The translations under genes were made by a program, and so were the position numbers. From Stegostoma tigrinum (taxonomy: Eukaryota), in NCBI RefSeq assembly GCF_030684315.1, contig NC_081359.1, forward strand, positions 88,382,838 through 88,446,837: a stretch of 64,000 bases of DNA, given 5' to 3'. This document shows positions 51,392 to 62,974 of the stretch, piece by piece. The notes below the pieces were generated by a model. It made no database searches, was not told the origin of the DNA, and saw only the letters and a program-made list of their open reading frames with translations. Position 1 is the first letter of the stretch, and every line of letters begins with the position of its first letter.

Positions 51392-52325
51392 GTGAGAATT
51401 CGTGGAAGTAATTATCCTCAACAATTCCTTCTCCAATATTGCTCTTTAACTTATTCTAATGTTCCTCTGCTTATTGCTATTTTCCAAAGGAAATGACCTT
51501 CACAGAATTCACAGCATTAAAACAGTTTTACATGCTGCGCATAAGTCTCCCCCATCTCTCTTTAGCTAAACTTTTCTATATATTTTTTCCATTCCGTTTT
51601 CCCAGACGTTATCTAAATTTCCCTTAAATACATCATTGAAGCTTGTGTCAACTATTCCTTGTGATAGCTGGTTCCACATTCTAAATACATTCTCTGTGTA
51701 AAGATAGTTCTCCCAACTTCCCTTTTGATTTTATTAATAGCTATATTATGTTTATAGACACGAGTGCTGCTTTCGCCCACCAGAATCTGTCGGTAGTCTA
51801 GACTTTTGGCGTTAGAACATGAGGCCATTTAGCTCTTCGAACTCTGTCTATGATTGAATGAGATTATGGCAGTTTTGGAACAAAGAACAGTACAGCACAG
51901 GAACAGGCCTTTCAGCCCACCAAGACTGTGCCAACACATGATGCCTTTTTAAATTAAAAATCTTTGCCTCAATGCGATCCATTTTCCTGTATTCCCTGCC
52001 TATTCATGTATCTGACAAGATGTCTCTACTATTGTATTCCCCTCCACCGCCACCTCTGGCAGTTTATTCCAGGCACTTATCACCCTCTGTGCGCAAAGGG
52101 CTTGCTTCTCACATCTCCTTTAAGCTTATCCCCTTTTACCTAAACCCATGTCCCCATTCACTCTGCCCTGACCAATGAAGGCAAGCTTGGCATATGCATT
52201 CTTAACCAGCTTATCCACTTGTGTTCGTGATAATGGGAACTGCAGATGCTGGAGAATCCTAGATAACAAAGTGTGGAGCTGGATGAACACAGCAGGCCAA
52301 GCAGCATCTCAGGAGCACAAAAGCT

Positions 52326-52353
52326 GACGTTTCGGGCCTAGACCCTTCATCAG
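52326..52353 (-). ncRNA. Minimal hammerhead ribozyme core (family A), consensus intact
   Basis: Reverse complement reads CTGATGAAGGGTCTAGGCCCGAAACGTC. Confidence 0.75.
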
Positions 52354-53562
52354 AGAGGGGGATGGGGAGAGGGAATTGGAATAAATAGGGAGAAAGGGGT
52401 AGGCGGACCGAAGATGGAGAGAAAACAAGATAGGTAGAGAGGAGAGTATAGGTGGGGAGGTAGGGAGGGGATAGGTCAGTCCAGGGAAGATGGACAGGTC
52501 AAGGAGGCGGGATGAGGTGGTAGGTAGGAAATGGAGGTGAGGCTTGGGGTGGGAGGACGGGATTGGTGAGAGGAAGAACAGGTTAGGGAAGCAGAGACAG
52601 GCTGGGCTGGTTTTGTGATGCAGCGGGGGGAGGGGAAGAACACGTATCATCCTCCAACAACCTCCGGATACAACGTATCATCCTCCGACACTGCCGCCAT
52701 CTACAATCCGACCCCACCATCCAAACCATTTTTCCATCCCCACCCTTGTCTGCCTTCCGGAGAGACCACACTCTCCGCGACCCCCTTGTCCGCTCCACAC
52801 TCCCCTCCAACCCCACCACACCTGGCACCTTCCCCTGCAACCGCAGGAAGTGCTACACTTGCCCCCACACCTCCTCCCTCACCCCCATCCCAGGCCCCAG
52901 GATGACCTTCCATATCAAACAGATATTCACCTGCACATCTGCCAATGTGGTATATTGTATCCATTGCGCCGGGTGTAGCATCCTCTACATTGGGGAAACC
53001 AAGCAGAGGCTTGGGGACCCCTTTGCAGAACACCTCCGCTCGGTTCGCAACAAACAACTGCACCTCCCAGTCACGAACCATTTCAACTCCCCCTCCCATT
53101 CTTCAGACGACATGTCCATCATGGGCCTCCTGCAGTACCACAATGATGCCACCTGAAGGTAGCAGGAACAGCAACTCATATTCCGTTTGGGAACCCTGCA
53201 GCCCAATGGTATCAACGTGGACTTCACAAGCTTCAAAATCTCCCCTTCCCCTACTGCATCCCAAAACCAGCCCAGTTCTTCCCCTCCCCCCACTGCACCA
53301 CACAACCAGCCCAGCCTGTCTCTGCTTCCCTAACCTGTTCTTCCTCTCACCAATCCCTTCCTCCTACCTCAAGCCGCACCTCCATTTCCTACCTACCACC
53401 TCATCCAGCCTCCTTGACCTGTCCATCTTCCCTGGACTGACCTATCCCCTCCCTACCTCCCCACCTATACCCTCCTCTCTACCTATCTTGTTTTCTCTCC
53501 ATCTTCGGTCTGCCTCCCCCTCTCTCCCTATTTATTCCAATTCCCTCTCCCCATCCCCCTCT

Positions 53563-53590
53563 CTGATGAAGGGTCTAGGCCCGAAACGTC
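53563..53590 (+). ncRNA. Minimal hammerhead ribozyme core (family A), intact, sense to NEK3
   Basis: CTGATGAAGGGTCTAGGCCCGAAACGTC. Confidence 0.75.
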
Positions 53591-54769
53591 AGCTTTTGTG
53601 CTCCTGAGATGCTGCTTGGCCTGCTGTGTTCATCCAGCTCCACACTTTGTTATCCACTTGTGTTGCCTCTTTCAGGGAACTATGGACCAGTAAGCCTAGA
53701 TACCTCTATTTGTTCATGGTACTAAGGGTTCTGTCATTTACTGTATACTTCCGTCCTGCATTGGGTCTCCCAAAATGCATTACTTCACATTTGTCCAAAT
53801 TAAACTCCATCGACCATTTCTCCATCCAAGTCTCCAGCCTATGTATATTGTGCTGTTTCATCTGGCAATCCTCCTCACTGCCCAGAACTCCCCCATTCTT
53901 TGTATTGTCCTCAAACGTACTAATCAGACCACCTCCATTCTGTTCCAAATCAATCTAAAACACAAGTGTCCTAGTACTGATCCTTGAGGAGCATCACTGG
54001 TCACAGATCTCCAGTCTGAAAAAACACTCTTCTACCACTACTCTCTGTCTTCTATGACTGAGCCTGTTCTGTATCCATTTTAACAGCTCACCCCACATCC
54101 AGTGTGACTTCACTTTTGAAAGAGTCTACTATGAGGGGCCTTGTCAAAGACTTTGCTGAAGTCAATACAGATAACATCTACGACACTTCCCTCATCAATC
54201 TTCTTTCTCGTGTCCTCAAAAAATACAATCAAGTTTGTGAGACATGATCTTTCCCACACAAAAGCGTGCTTCTTGTTTGCGAATAAGTCCATATTTTTCC
54301 AAACGTGAGTAAATTTCATCCCTAAAAATTAAATCAAATGATTTCCCTACCCTGTTTGATTTTTATTCTTTCATGGGTTGTGGGCATTGGTGGCTGGGTC
54401 AGCATCTGTTACCCATTCCTTGTAGCCCATGAGCCAGATGCCTTTTGTAGGTCATTGCAGAAGACTGTGAAGTGTTAGTCACATTGATGGGGTCCAGACT
54501 CGCATGTAGGTCAGACTGAGAAAGGATGCAGAATTCCTTAACCAAAAGACATTTGTGAACCAGGTGGGTTTTTATGATAGATGACAGTAGTCATCATTAG
54601 ATCAGCTTTTAATTTTAGATTTTATTGAATTGCAGTTTCACCATTAGCAGTTAACAGTGGGATTTGAACCTCTATCCCCAGGACATTATGCTAGGAGTCT
54701 GGGTTATGAGTCTTGTGATATCACCACTATCCCACCACCTCCCTATCTTCTATGTCAACAACATTTACC

Positions 54770-56230
54770 TGCGTTACCCCTTGATGTTTTTAATATGTGG
54801 AGCTCTATGAATTTCAGTCTTGAACATATTCAACGATTGAGCCTCCACAGCTGTCTGCAATTGAGAATTCTAAACAATTCACTGTCCCGTAAGTGAAGAT
54901 ATTTCACCTCAATTTAGTTCTTAATGGCTTGCCGTTTTTATTTGGAGACTGTGTATTCTTTTCTTCTAACCACTACCCCAGCCTTGACCCATCCTGCATT
55001 GACCCTGTGATCCTGTAAGAATTTTCTATGTTTAAATGAGATCATCTTTCATTCTTCAAAAACACTAAGTAACATAGGGCCGCTCAATTTACTGTTTCCT
55101 CATAGCATGATCTCAGGAGTTAGTATTGGCAAACATTTGTTGCTCCTACTCTATGGCAAGCATGTCTTTCCCTCGCATAAAGAGAACAAAATTACACACA
55201 ATTGTGCAAGATGTCTTTACTCCTGTTGTCAAAACCTCTTGTTATAAAGGCCAACATACTGTTTGTCTGCTTAATTGCTTGCTATACCTGCATGTTAACT
55301 TTAAGTGACTCATGAATAGAGACACGCAAGTCCCTTTGAAGTTCAACATTCCCAAAAATTCTCTCAATTTAAGAAATCCCTCTCTCTGCCCTTTCTACCA
55401 AAATTGATAAGCGCACATTTCTTCACATTGTATTCCTTCTTCCCAATGTTTGCTCCAGTCACTTAGCACCTGTGCATTCCTTTGTAGCAAATTGGTATTC
55501 TCCCTAACTCATATTTCCATCTAGTTTGTGTCATCTGTAAGCTTAGAAATACTACATTTAACCCCATTCCAATTCGTTGATTTAGATTGTGAATAGCTGG
55601 GGCCCACGCACTGAGCCTTACAGTAACCCACTGCCACAGATCCAGCCCGCCAATCTGAAAATTATATTATCTTATTCCTCCTATTTTCTGTCCATTAACC
55701 AGTTCATGATCAATGCTGTACATTCCCAACAATCCCATGTGATTCAATTTTATTTCCATATCCCTGCTTGGAATGCTATTGAAAATGTCAGAAAATTTAA
55801 GTATACAGCATCCACTGCCTCTTCAAAAACTTGAATATGTTTGGAATGATTTTCACCCACAAGTCCATGGTGATTCTTCCCAATCCCACCATTATTTTCT
55901 AAATAATTTGGTGTGAATCCTTTCTTGTAAGTTCTAGCTTTTCCCTATGACTAATATTAGGTTCACATGTCTGTAGTTTTCTTTCTTCCCCTCCCTTCTT
56001 TCTTAAATACTGGGGTTACATTTGCTACCTGTCAATCTTCAGGAATCATTCAGAGTATTTAGAATTTTGAAAATTGATCACCAATACAGCTCCTACCTCT
56101 ATAGCCATATCTTTCAATACTCTGGGATGTAGGTTATTTGCTTTAAGGAACTTACCTACTTTGAATACCATTAATTTCTCTAGGAAAGATTTCTTTATCA
56201 GAATGCCTGCAACTACAGTGACAGGAAAAT
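54770..56230 (-). mobile_element. Decayed CR1 LINE
   Basis: NLHPRVLKDMA and GSVRGPQLF remnants on the minus strand. Confidence 0.65.
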
Positions 56231-56264
56231 TATTTGCAAGTAGTTCATTTTTGGTATAGGCTGT

Positions 56265-58235
56265 ATGAAACCATTTCCACAAACCCGCCTGCCCTGGTCG
56301 ATCCATTGTCTCCGCCTGCTCCTGCCCCACCCAACTTATCTCCACCTATCTGGACTCCATTTTCTCGCTTGGTCCAGGAACTCGCTACTTACGTCCAATA
56401 CACCACCCACACTCTCCACCTCCTCCTGAACTTCCAATTCCCCAGTCCCCAACACCTCATTTTTACTATGGACATCCAGTCCGTATACACCTGCATTCCC
56501 CATGCAGATGGCCTAAAGGCCCTCCGCTTCTTCCTGTCCCACAGGCCTGACCAGTCCACCTCCACTGACACCCTCATCCACTTATCCGAACTCATCCTCA
56601 CCCACAACAACTTCTCTTTCAATTCCTCCCACTTCCTACAGACAAAGAGGGTGGCCGTGGGTACCTGCATGGGCCCAAGCTACGCCTGCCTCTTTGTAGT
56701 TTACATGGAACAATCCCTCTTCCGTACCTACATTGGCTGTAAACCCACCTCTTCCTCTGTTACATTGATGACTGTTTCGGCGCCATCTCCTGCTCCCATG
56801 AGGAGCTCAAACAGTTCATCCACTTCACCAACGCCTTCCACCCCAACCTTAGGTTCACCTGGACCATCTGTAACACCTTCCTGGACCTCTCTGTCTCCAT
56901 CTCAGGCAACCAACTAGAAACCGATATCCATTTCAAGCCCACCGACTCCCACAGCTACCGAGAATACACCTCCTCCCACCCACTTCCTGCAAAAATGCCA
57001 TCCTCTATTCCCAATTCCTTCACCTCCGCTGCATCTGCTCCCAGGTTGAGGCATTCCACTCCTGTACATCTCAGATGTCCTTGTTTTTTAAGGACTGCAA
57101 CATGCCCCCCGCAGTAGTCGAGAACGCCCGCAACCGTGTCTCCCGCATTTCCCGCAACTTATCCCTCACACCCCGTTCCCCGCAATAACAACCAAAAAAG
57201 AATCCCCCTCGTCCTCACATACCACCCCACCAACCTCCAGATCCAACGCACCATCCTCCGACACTTCCGCCATCTGCAATCTGACCCCACCACTGCTTTC
57301 TGGAGGGACCACTCTCTCCGTGACTCCCTTGTCCACTCCTCACTCCCCTCCAGCCCCACCACACCCAGCATTTTTCCCTGAAACTGCAGGAAGTGCTACA
57401 CCTGCCCCCACACCTCCCCCCTCACCCCCATCCCAGGCCAAAAGACGACTTTCCACATCAAGCACAGGTTCACCTGCACATCTGCTGATGTGGTCAACTG
57501 CATCTGCTGTACCCGTTATTGCCTCCTCTGCGTCGGGGAAACCAAGCGGTGGCTTGGGGACCACTTTGTGGAACACCTATGCTCGGTTTGCGACAAACGA
57601 CTGCACCACCCAGTTGCGACCTATTTCTACTCCCCCTTCCACTCCTTGCACAACATGTCCATCCTGGGCCGCCTCCAGTGCCACAGCGATGCCACCCGAA
57701 GATGCAGGAACAGCAACTCATATTCCGCTTGGGAACCCTGCAGCCCAATGATATCAATGTGGACTTCACAAGAGTTAAAATCTGCCCTTCCCCAAATGCG
57801 TCCCAAAATCAGCCCAGCTCGTCCCCGCCTCCCTAAACTGTTCTTTCTCTCACCTATCCCCTCCTCCCACCTCAAGCTGCACCCCCATTTTCTTTGTCCC
57901 AAACGCATCCCGCCCCCTTGACCTGTGCATCCTCCGTGGACAGACCTATCCCCTCTCTACCTCCCCACCTACTCTCACCTCTACTGGCTCCATCGGCGCC
58001 TCTTTAACATGTCTGTCTTCTCTCCACCTATCTCCTCCTCTATCCATCTTCGATCTACCTCCCCCTCTCTCCCTATTTATTTCAGAACCTTCTTCCCCTC
58101 CCCAATTTCTGATGAAGGGTCTAGGCCTGAAACATCAGCTTTCCTGCTGCTAAGATGCTGCTTGCCCTCTGTGTTCATCCAGCTGTATACTTTGTTATCT
58201 CGGATTCTCCAGCATCTGCAGTCCCTATTATCTCT
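56265..58235 (+). mobile_element. Family-A PLE, RT plus GIY-YIG plus pLTR, frameshifted
   Basis: RT motifs FTMDIQSVYTCIPH, VAVGTCMGPSYACLFV and YIDD; GIY-YIG VGETKRWLGDHFVEH; pLTR with hammerhead core. Confidence 0.92.
58109..58136 (+). ncRNA. Hammerhead core variant, sense to NEK3
   Basis: CTGATGAAGGGTCTAGGCCTGAAACATC. Confidence 0.55.
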
Positions 58236-59223
58236 TGGCATGAATTAATCCCATTGATGAAGTGTTTATCGTTGTTATGAAATATGATGAAGGAAGCTAA
58301 TGAAAAAGGGGAAATAAAGGAAAAAAAACTTACAAATATTTAAAATCTTGAGCAGTGGCGGGGATGGATTATTTTAATTTTGAATGTGGATTAAAGCACA
58401 TTTGTAAATTAATGTATAATGTATATGAAAAGGCCATTAAATAAGTATTATTCCTGGTAAGTTCTTAAAGGTGTTTAGGAGAAAAGAAAATAGATAAAGC
58501 TATATTGTTCTGCATCAGCTGGAGAATCTTTCTTGTTTATTTTCCTCTTCGGCTGGCAGATTTTTGTTAATATCCAATATATTCACCATTTTGTTCTTCC
58601 CCGTTTCATGCTCTGAAAGCCTGATACATCTTACAATGAATAATTATTCTTTTAAAGTAGCAGCCATCTATGTATGTACACAGAGAGGCTGTAACTATCC
58701 GGGAAGATTGAAGCAACTTCACAGAACTCTTTTCTCATGGAAAAATGATTAAGAGGTGGTCAAATAGAAGCCTTTACATTTGGAAAGTGTTGAATGATAG
58801 ACATGAAGAAGATGTTTCCATTTGTTGGGAGTCCATAATTAAAGGAAATAAGATTTAATTTATTCCACAAGTAGTGAGAATAATTTAACTGAATAACTTA
58901 GATGCATTTAAAGGAAAGCTTGATAGGTGCAGGGAGGAAAGGAATAGACATGTGGATAGGCTTAGATGAAAAGGGCTCGAAGGAATCTCCTGTGGAACAG
59001 AAACATATAGCTACTAACCCTAGAGATGAGTAAGAGACATAAAGGCCCATTTTTGCTCTTGAATGTTTTTTCTACTTCATAATTTGTGATGAAATATTAT
59101 GGTTTTAGATAAAAAGAATCCTGCAATATAATAAATTGTTGCTTCAGGATCTAATTAATTTATGGTTTCACTATCCTATGCACCATTGCATATTTAATGT
59201 TATGGTTTATTTTCCTATTGCAG

Positions 59224-59321
59224 CTGAAGGGCATCTTTATATAGTGATGGAATACTGTGATGGTGGAGATCTCACAGAAAAACTCCTGCAACAAAAGGAG
59301 AAACTACTTCCAGAGGAAACG
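59224..59321 (+). CDS. NEK3: NEK3 coding exon 3
   Basis: (A)[32 protein letters not shown]; CAG acceptor, GTATAT donor; 98 nt. Confidence 0.95.
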
Positions 59322-60075
59322 GTATATAGCCTGTGATAAAACCCATGAGTGACACCTAATCACAGACTCAGAGGGGCAGGATTCACTTGTGTGAATTGTG
59401 GTGTGCCTAGTTCTGGCAACACTTATGGGATGTCTGGACCTGGCCAGATGTTAGATTAAACCATGGGAAACTGCAAGATTGCCCTTGCTTCTCCTACATC
59501 TTTGGGGGAATGGGCCTTCCTAATTGGGTATTATGCTTGTGAGGTAGCTCATTTGGAATTAACCCCTTTTTGGCTCAACTACCACTCCCAAATAAAAACC
59601 ACAGGCACTTACCCTGGGACCACCAGCTGCTGGCTCTCCAACTGGCCAGCAATACCTATGGATGCTTATCCTTTAAAGGGACAGCAGCTCCAACAGTATC
59701 AAATTACTTGCCAGATGGCAAGAAGTGGCAGAAACTCGGTTGCCCTAGCTTTCTGACCAGTCACCTGAGTCCCCTGTTTGCCAAGAACATCCCTGCGATT
59801 GTAGCCACTTTGTCCATCACAATTTCACTATATGGAACATAAAAATATTTATCTCTTTGATTTTGCTCTTTTACATAGCATTATACCCCAACTGAAATAT
59901 TTCTTTTTTAAAATCAGCCTGAACAATCAGCACAATTTTGATAATTGCAAAATATTTTAAAAACCTACCTCTATAAAATAATAATTTGCCCAGAATCCAG
60001 AGTGCCTCTTTGATGAAGTACTCCCTGTTAGGAATTGATAGCAGAGAAATTATTTTGTTATTTTGCATTTTACAG

Positions 60076-60159
60076 GTGTTGAATCTATTTGTGCAAATTT
60101 GCCTTGGAATGAAACACATACATGACAAACGAGTTCTACACAGAGATATCAAATCCAAG
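60076..60159 (+). CDS. NEK3: NEK3 coding exon 4 (catalytic loop; gene continues beyond the right edge)
   Basis: [28 protein letters not shown]; CAG acceptor, GTATTA donor; 84 nt. Confidence 0.95.
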
Positions 60160-60684
60160 GTATTAAAATAACTTTGGATCTTTAATAAGAATAACAAAAT
60201 GATTGCTTGAGTCCAGGCTAATCTGATAGGATATAAAAGCTAAATTTATGAAGCTTGCCTTTGTGTTACTTAAAGTTTACAATGAATAAGAATTTGGAAA
60301 ATCAGTATCTTTTATCAGTAATGCTTAACTGGCTTGTTTAATTCTTTTTCATCAAGGATCTTAATGGAGGCATTAGCTTACATTGTGTAACAGGAAAATG
60401 CCTCAATTAGAGGAGCTGACTACAGTCATTAACCAGTAAACACTAACAGCGATTTCTAGCTTTTGATTTCAGTTAAGTATTGTATTTGGTTGGAGTTTAT
60501 TGTTAGTATCTTCAAACAATGTTTTGAGGTTTTATGGTGTGTTTTGTATTGTTTTCTGTTGTTAGCCCATGTGACACACAACAGTGTCTGGTTCTTATTG
60601 AGCCAGATATCTAGACATTTAATAACAACAGTGTACACAAATGTGACATCTCAGAGTTCCATAAAGAGCCTGGGTTAAATGATT

Positions 60685-61008
60685 CATAGAATCATAGATC
60701 ATAGAATCTGTATAGTGTGGAAACAGGCCCTTTGGCCTAACAAGTCCGTGCCAACCCTCGCAGCATCCCACCCAGATCTATCCCCTATAACTCACCTGAT
60801 CTACACATCCCTGAACACTATGGACAATTTAGCATGGCCAATCCACATAGCCTGGACTGTGGGAGGAAACTGGAGCACCCGAAGGAAACCCACGAGACGT
60901 AGGGAGAACTTACAAACTCCACATAGACAATCACCTGAGGGTGGAATTGAACCCAGGCTCCTGGAGCTGTTAGGCAGTAGTGCAAACCACTGAGCCACCA
61001 CGCTGCCC
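60685..61008 (-). mobile_element. HE1-like SINE
   Basis: Full reverse copy ending CCACTGAGCCACCACGCTGCCC; (TCATAGAA)n tail. Confidence 0.88.
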
Positions 61009-61031
61009 AAAATTGCTTAGATTACTATTAT

Positions 61032-61140
61032 AGATACTTTTTTTCTAATCAACCTGTTAATACACATCTCCAGAGCAGATAGGACTTGAACCCAGGCCTC
61101 TTGGTGCAGAGGTAGGTACATACCACTGTGCCTGAAAAAC
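61032..61140 (-). mobile_element. Short (~110 bp) tRNA-derived SINE with A-rich tail and 16-bp TSD
   Basis: Minus strand has box A CAGTGGT and box B GGTTCAAGTCC, ending AACAGGTTGATTAGAAAAAAA; TSD CTTAGATTACTATTAT at 61016-61031 and 61141-61156. Confidence 0.8.
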
Positions 61141-61607
61141 CTTAGATTACTATTATGTTACCTTGTTGATTAGTTGGCCAACAGTCTGGCTGGCTCCTTG
61201 CAAATTAACCAACTGACAGTGACTGAATGTACAGAGAGTAATATAGAGACAAGTTAGACCAGAGCCCTCAAATTATAGTGTCATTTGGCTTTGTTAAAGA
61301 TCTATGCAAAAATCTGACATTGCAGATAAAAATGATGCATACAATATCAAAGAAATCTGACACTGGTTTTACACTCTGTGATACCTGCCTGTGACTGTGT
61401 GTTTACAACATTGCCCATTTTTAACTGAGCTACATGAGATGAAAAGCTCACAGGTTTGACTCCCGATCTGTGTTGAAATAGCTAACTAGCCCCATTTGAA
61501 TTGACAATAAGATTGCTATCCTGTTACCCTGTCACTGGCCAGCTTGTTGTTGTAACATGTTGCTGTTGCCCATGGTTTTTTTTCAGTTTGCTGCACTTGT
61601 TCTCATT

Positions 61608-62412
61608 AGCCATAAATGCGAGGTGCTGCATTTTGGAAAGGCAAATCAGTTTAGGACTTATACACTTAATGGTAAGGTCCTGGGGAATGTTGCTAAACGA
61701 AGAGACCTTGAAGTGCAGCTTTATGGTTCCTTGAAAGTAGAGTCTCATATAGACAGGATAGAGAAGAAGGTGTTTGCTTTGCTTGCTTTTATTAGACAGT
61801 GCATTGAGTATTGGCGCTGGGAGGCCATGTTGTGGCTTTTCAGGACATTGGTTAAGCCACTTTTGGAATACTGAGTGCAGTTCTAGTTTCCCTGCTATAG
61901 GAAGAATGTTGCCAAAATTGAAAGGGTTCGGAAAAAATTTACAAGGATGTTGCCCGTTTTGTGGGGTGGGGGGGGGGGGGGGGGGGGGGCGTGTGGGGGT
62001 TGAGCTATAGGGAGGGGATGAATAGGTTGGGGCTGTTTTGTCTGGAGCGTCGGAGTCTGAGGGGTGACCTCTTAGAGGTTTATAAAATCGTGAGGGGCAT
62101 GGATAAGGAAAATAGCCAAGGCCTTTTTCCCAAAGTAATGGAGTCCAAAACTAGAGGCCATAGGTTTAAGGTGAGAGGGTAAAGATTTAAAAGGGATCTG
62201 AGTGAGGGTGGTGCATATATGGAATCAGCTGCCAGAGGAAGTGGTGAAGGCTGGTACAATTACAACATTTAAAAGGCATTTGGATGGATATACAAATAGG
62301 AAGAGTTTAGAAGGGTATGGGCCAAATGTCAGATTAATTTAGGATGTCTAGTTGGCATGATCGAGTTGGTCTCAAGGGTCTGTTCCCAGGCTGTACAGCT
62401 CTATGACTCTAT
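61608..62412 (+). mobile_element. CR1 LINE 3' fragment with internal poly-G expansion
   Basis: KCEVLHFG...LVKPLLEY...LERRSLRGDL...KTRGHRFKV and (CTATGACT) tail; G-run at ~61962-61989. Confidence 0.88.
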
Positions 62413-62974
62413 AATTCATAACAGAACATTATTTTATTGTTATGTCATGTGACATAATGCTGACTTATATTAAATTTGTACATTAATAATTTCCTTACAC
62501 CCAGTCTGGAATGTTGCCATTTTGTCCACACTAACCGCATACCACATTGTTAGTGGGGAAATAGTTTCAAAGCAGTTTTGAATTTGTATTGTTCATCGTA
62601 TCTTCATTCCATTAATTCAAGTATTTTACTGGTCCTGGTGTTCTTTCCGTTCACAGGCTTCAGTTCAATCTCTATTTTGCTCATTCAAATTCGTTTTCAG
62701 CTACTGCTGCACATCATCTCCTCACCAGCCATTACCACCGAGATGGGGAACAGCAACAGATACAGACACATGGAAACATTACTGCTTGCAATTCCCTTCC
62801 ATACCATACACTATTCTGACTTGGAACAATATTGCCAATCTTTCAGTGTCCCTGTCAAAATCTTCAACCTTCCTCCCTGACAGCATTGTGGGTGTACCTA
62901 CACAAAATGGACTGGAATACTTGAAGAAAGTAGTTCAACACCATGTTCTCAAAGGCAACTGGCAACTGTTGGTA

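Larger units (their letters stand above)
52229..53654 (+). mobile_element. Family-A PLE with inverted 5' pLTR, inserted into a CR1
   Basis: Minus pLTR ~52229-52640; GIY-YIG FTCTSANVVYCIHCAGCSILYIGETKQRL; plus pLTR to 53654; TSD TTATCCACTTGTGTT at 52211-52225 and 53650-53664. Confidence 0.92.
51885..54350 (-). mobile_element. CR1 LINE remnant interrupted by a PLE
   Basis: RSCLTNLIVFFED...VDVICIDFSKVFDKAPH and WSMEFNLDKCEVMHFG. Confidence 0.85.

Noticed and set aside
52945-53607. 220-aa Pro/Ser-rich ORF, with similar ORFs at 21321, 52309 and 57925
   Set aside because: Stop-poor reading of the pyrimidine-rich pLTR, repeated in each copy; no evidence of a host gene.
56265-58235. Intact autonomous Penelope element
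   Set aside because: 5'-truncated, with several frameshifts and stops across RT and GIY-YIG.
50466-60159. NEK1 or NEK5 identity for the kinase
   Set aside because: [42 protein letters not shown] and HRDIKSK fit recalled NEK3 best, as does its position next to CKAP2.
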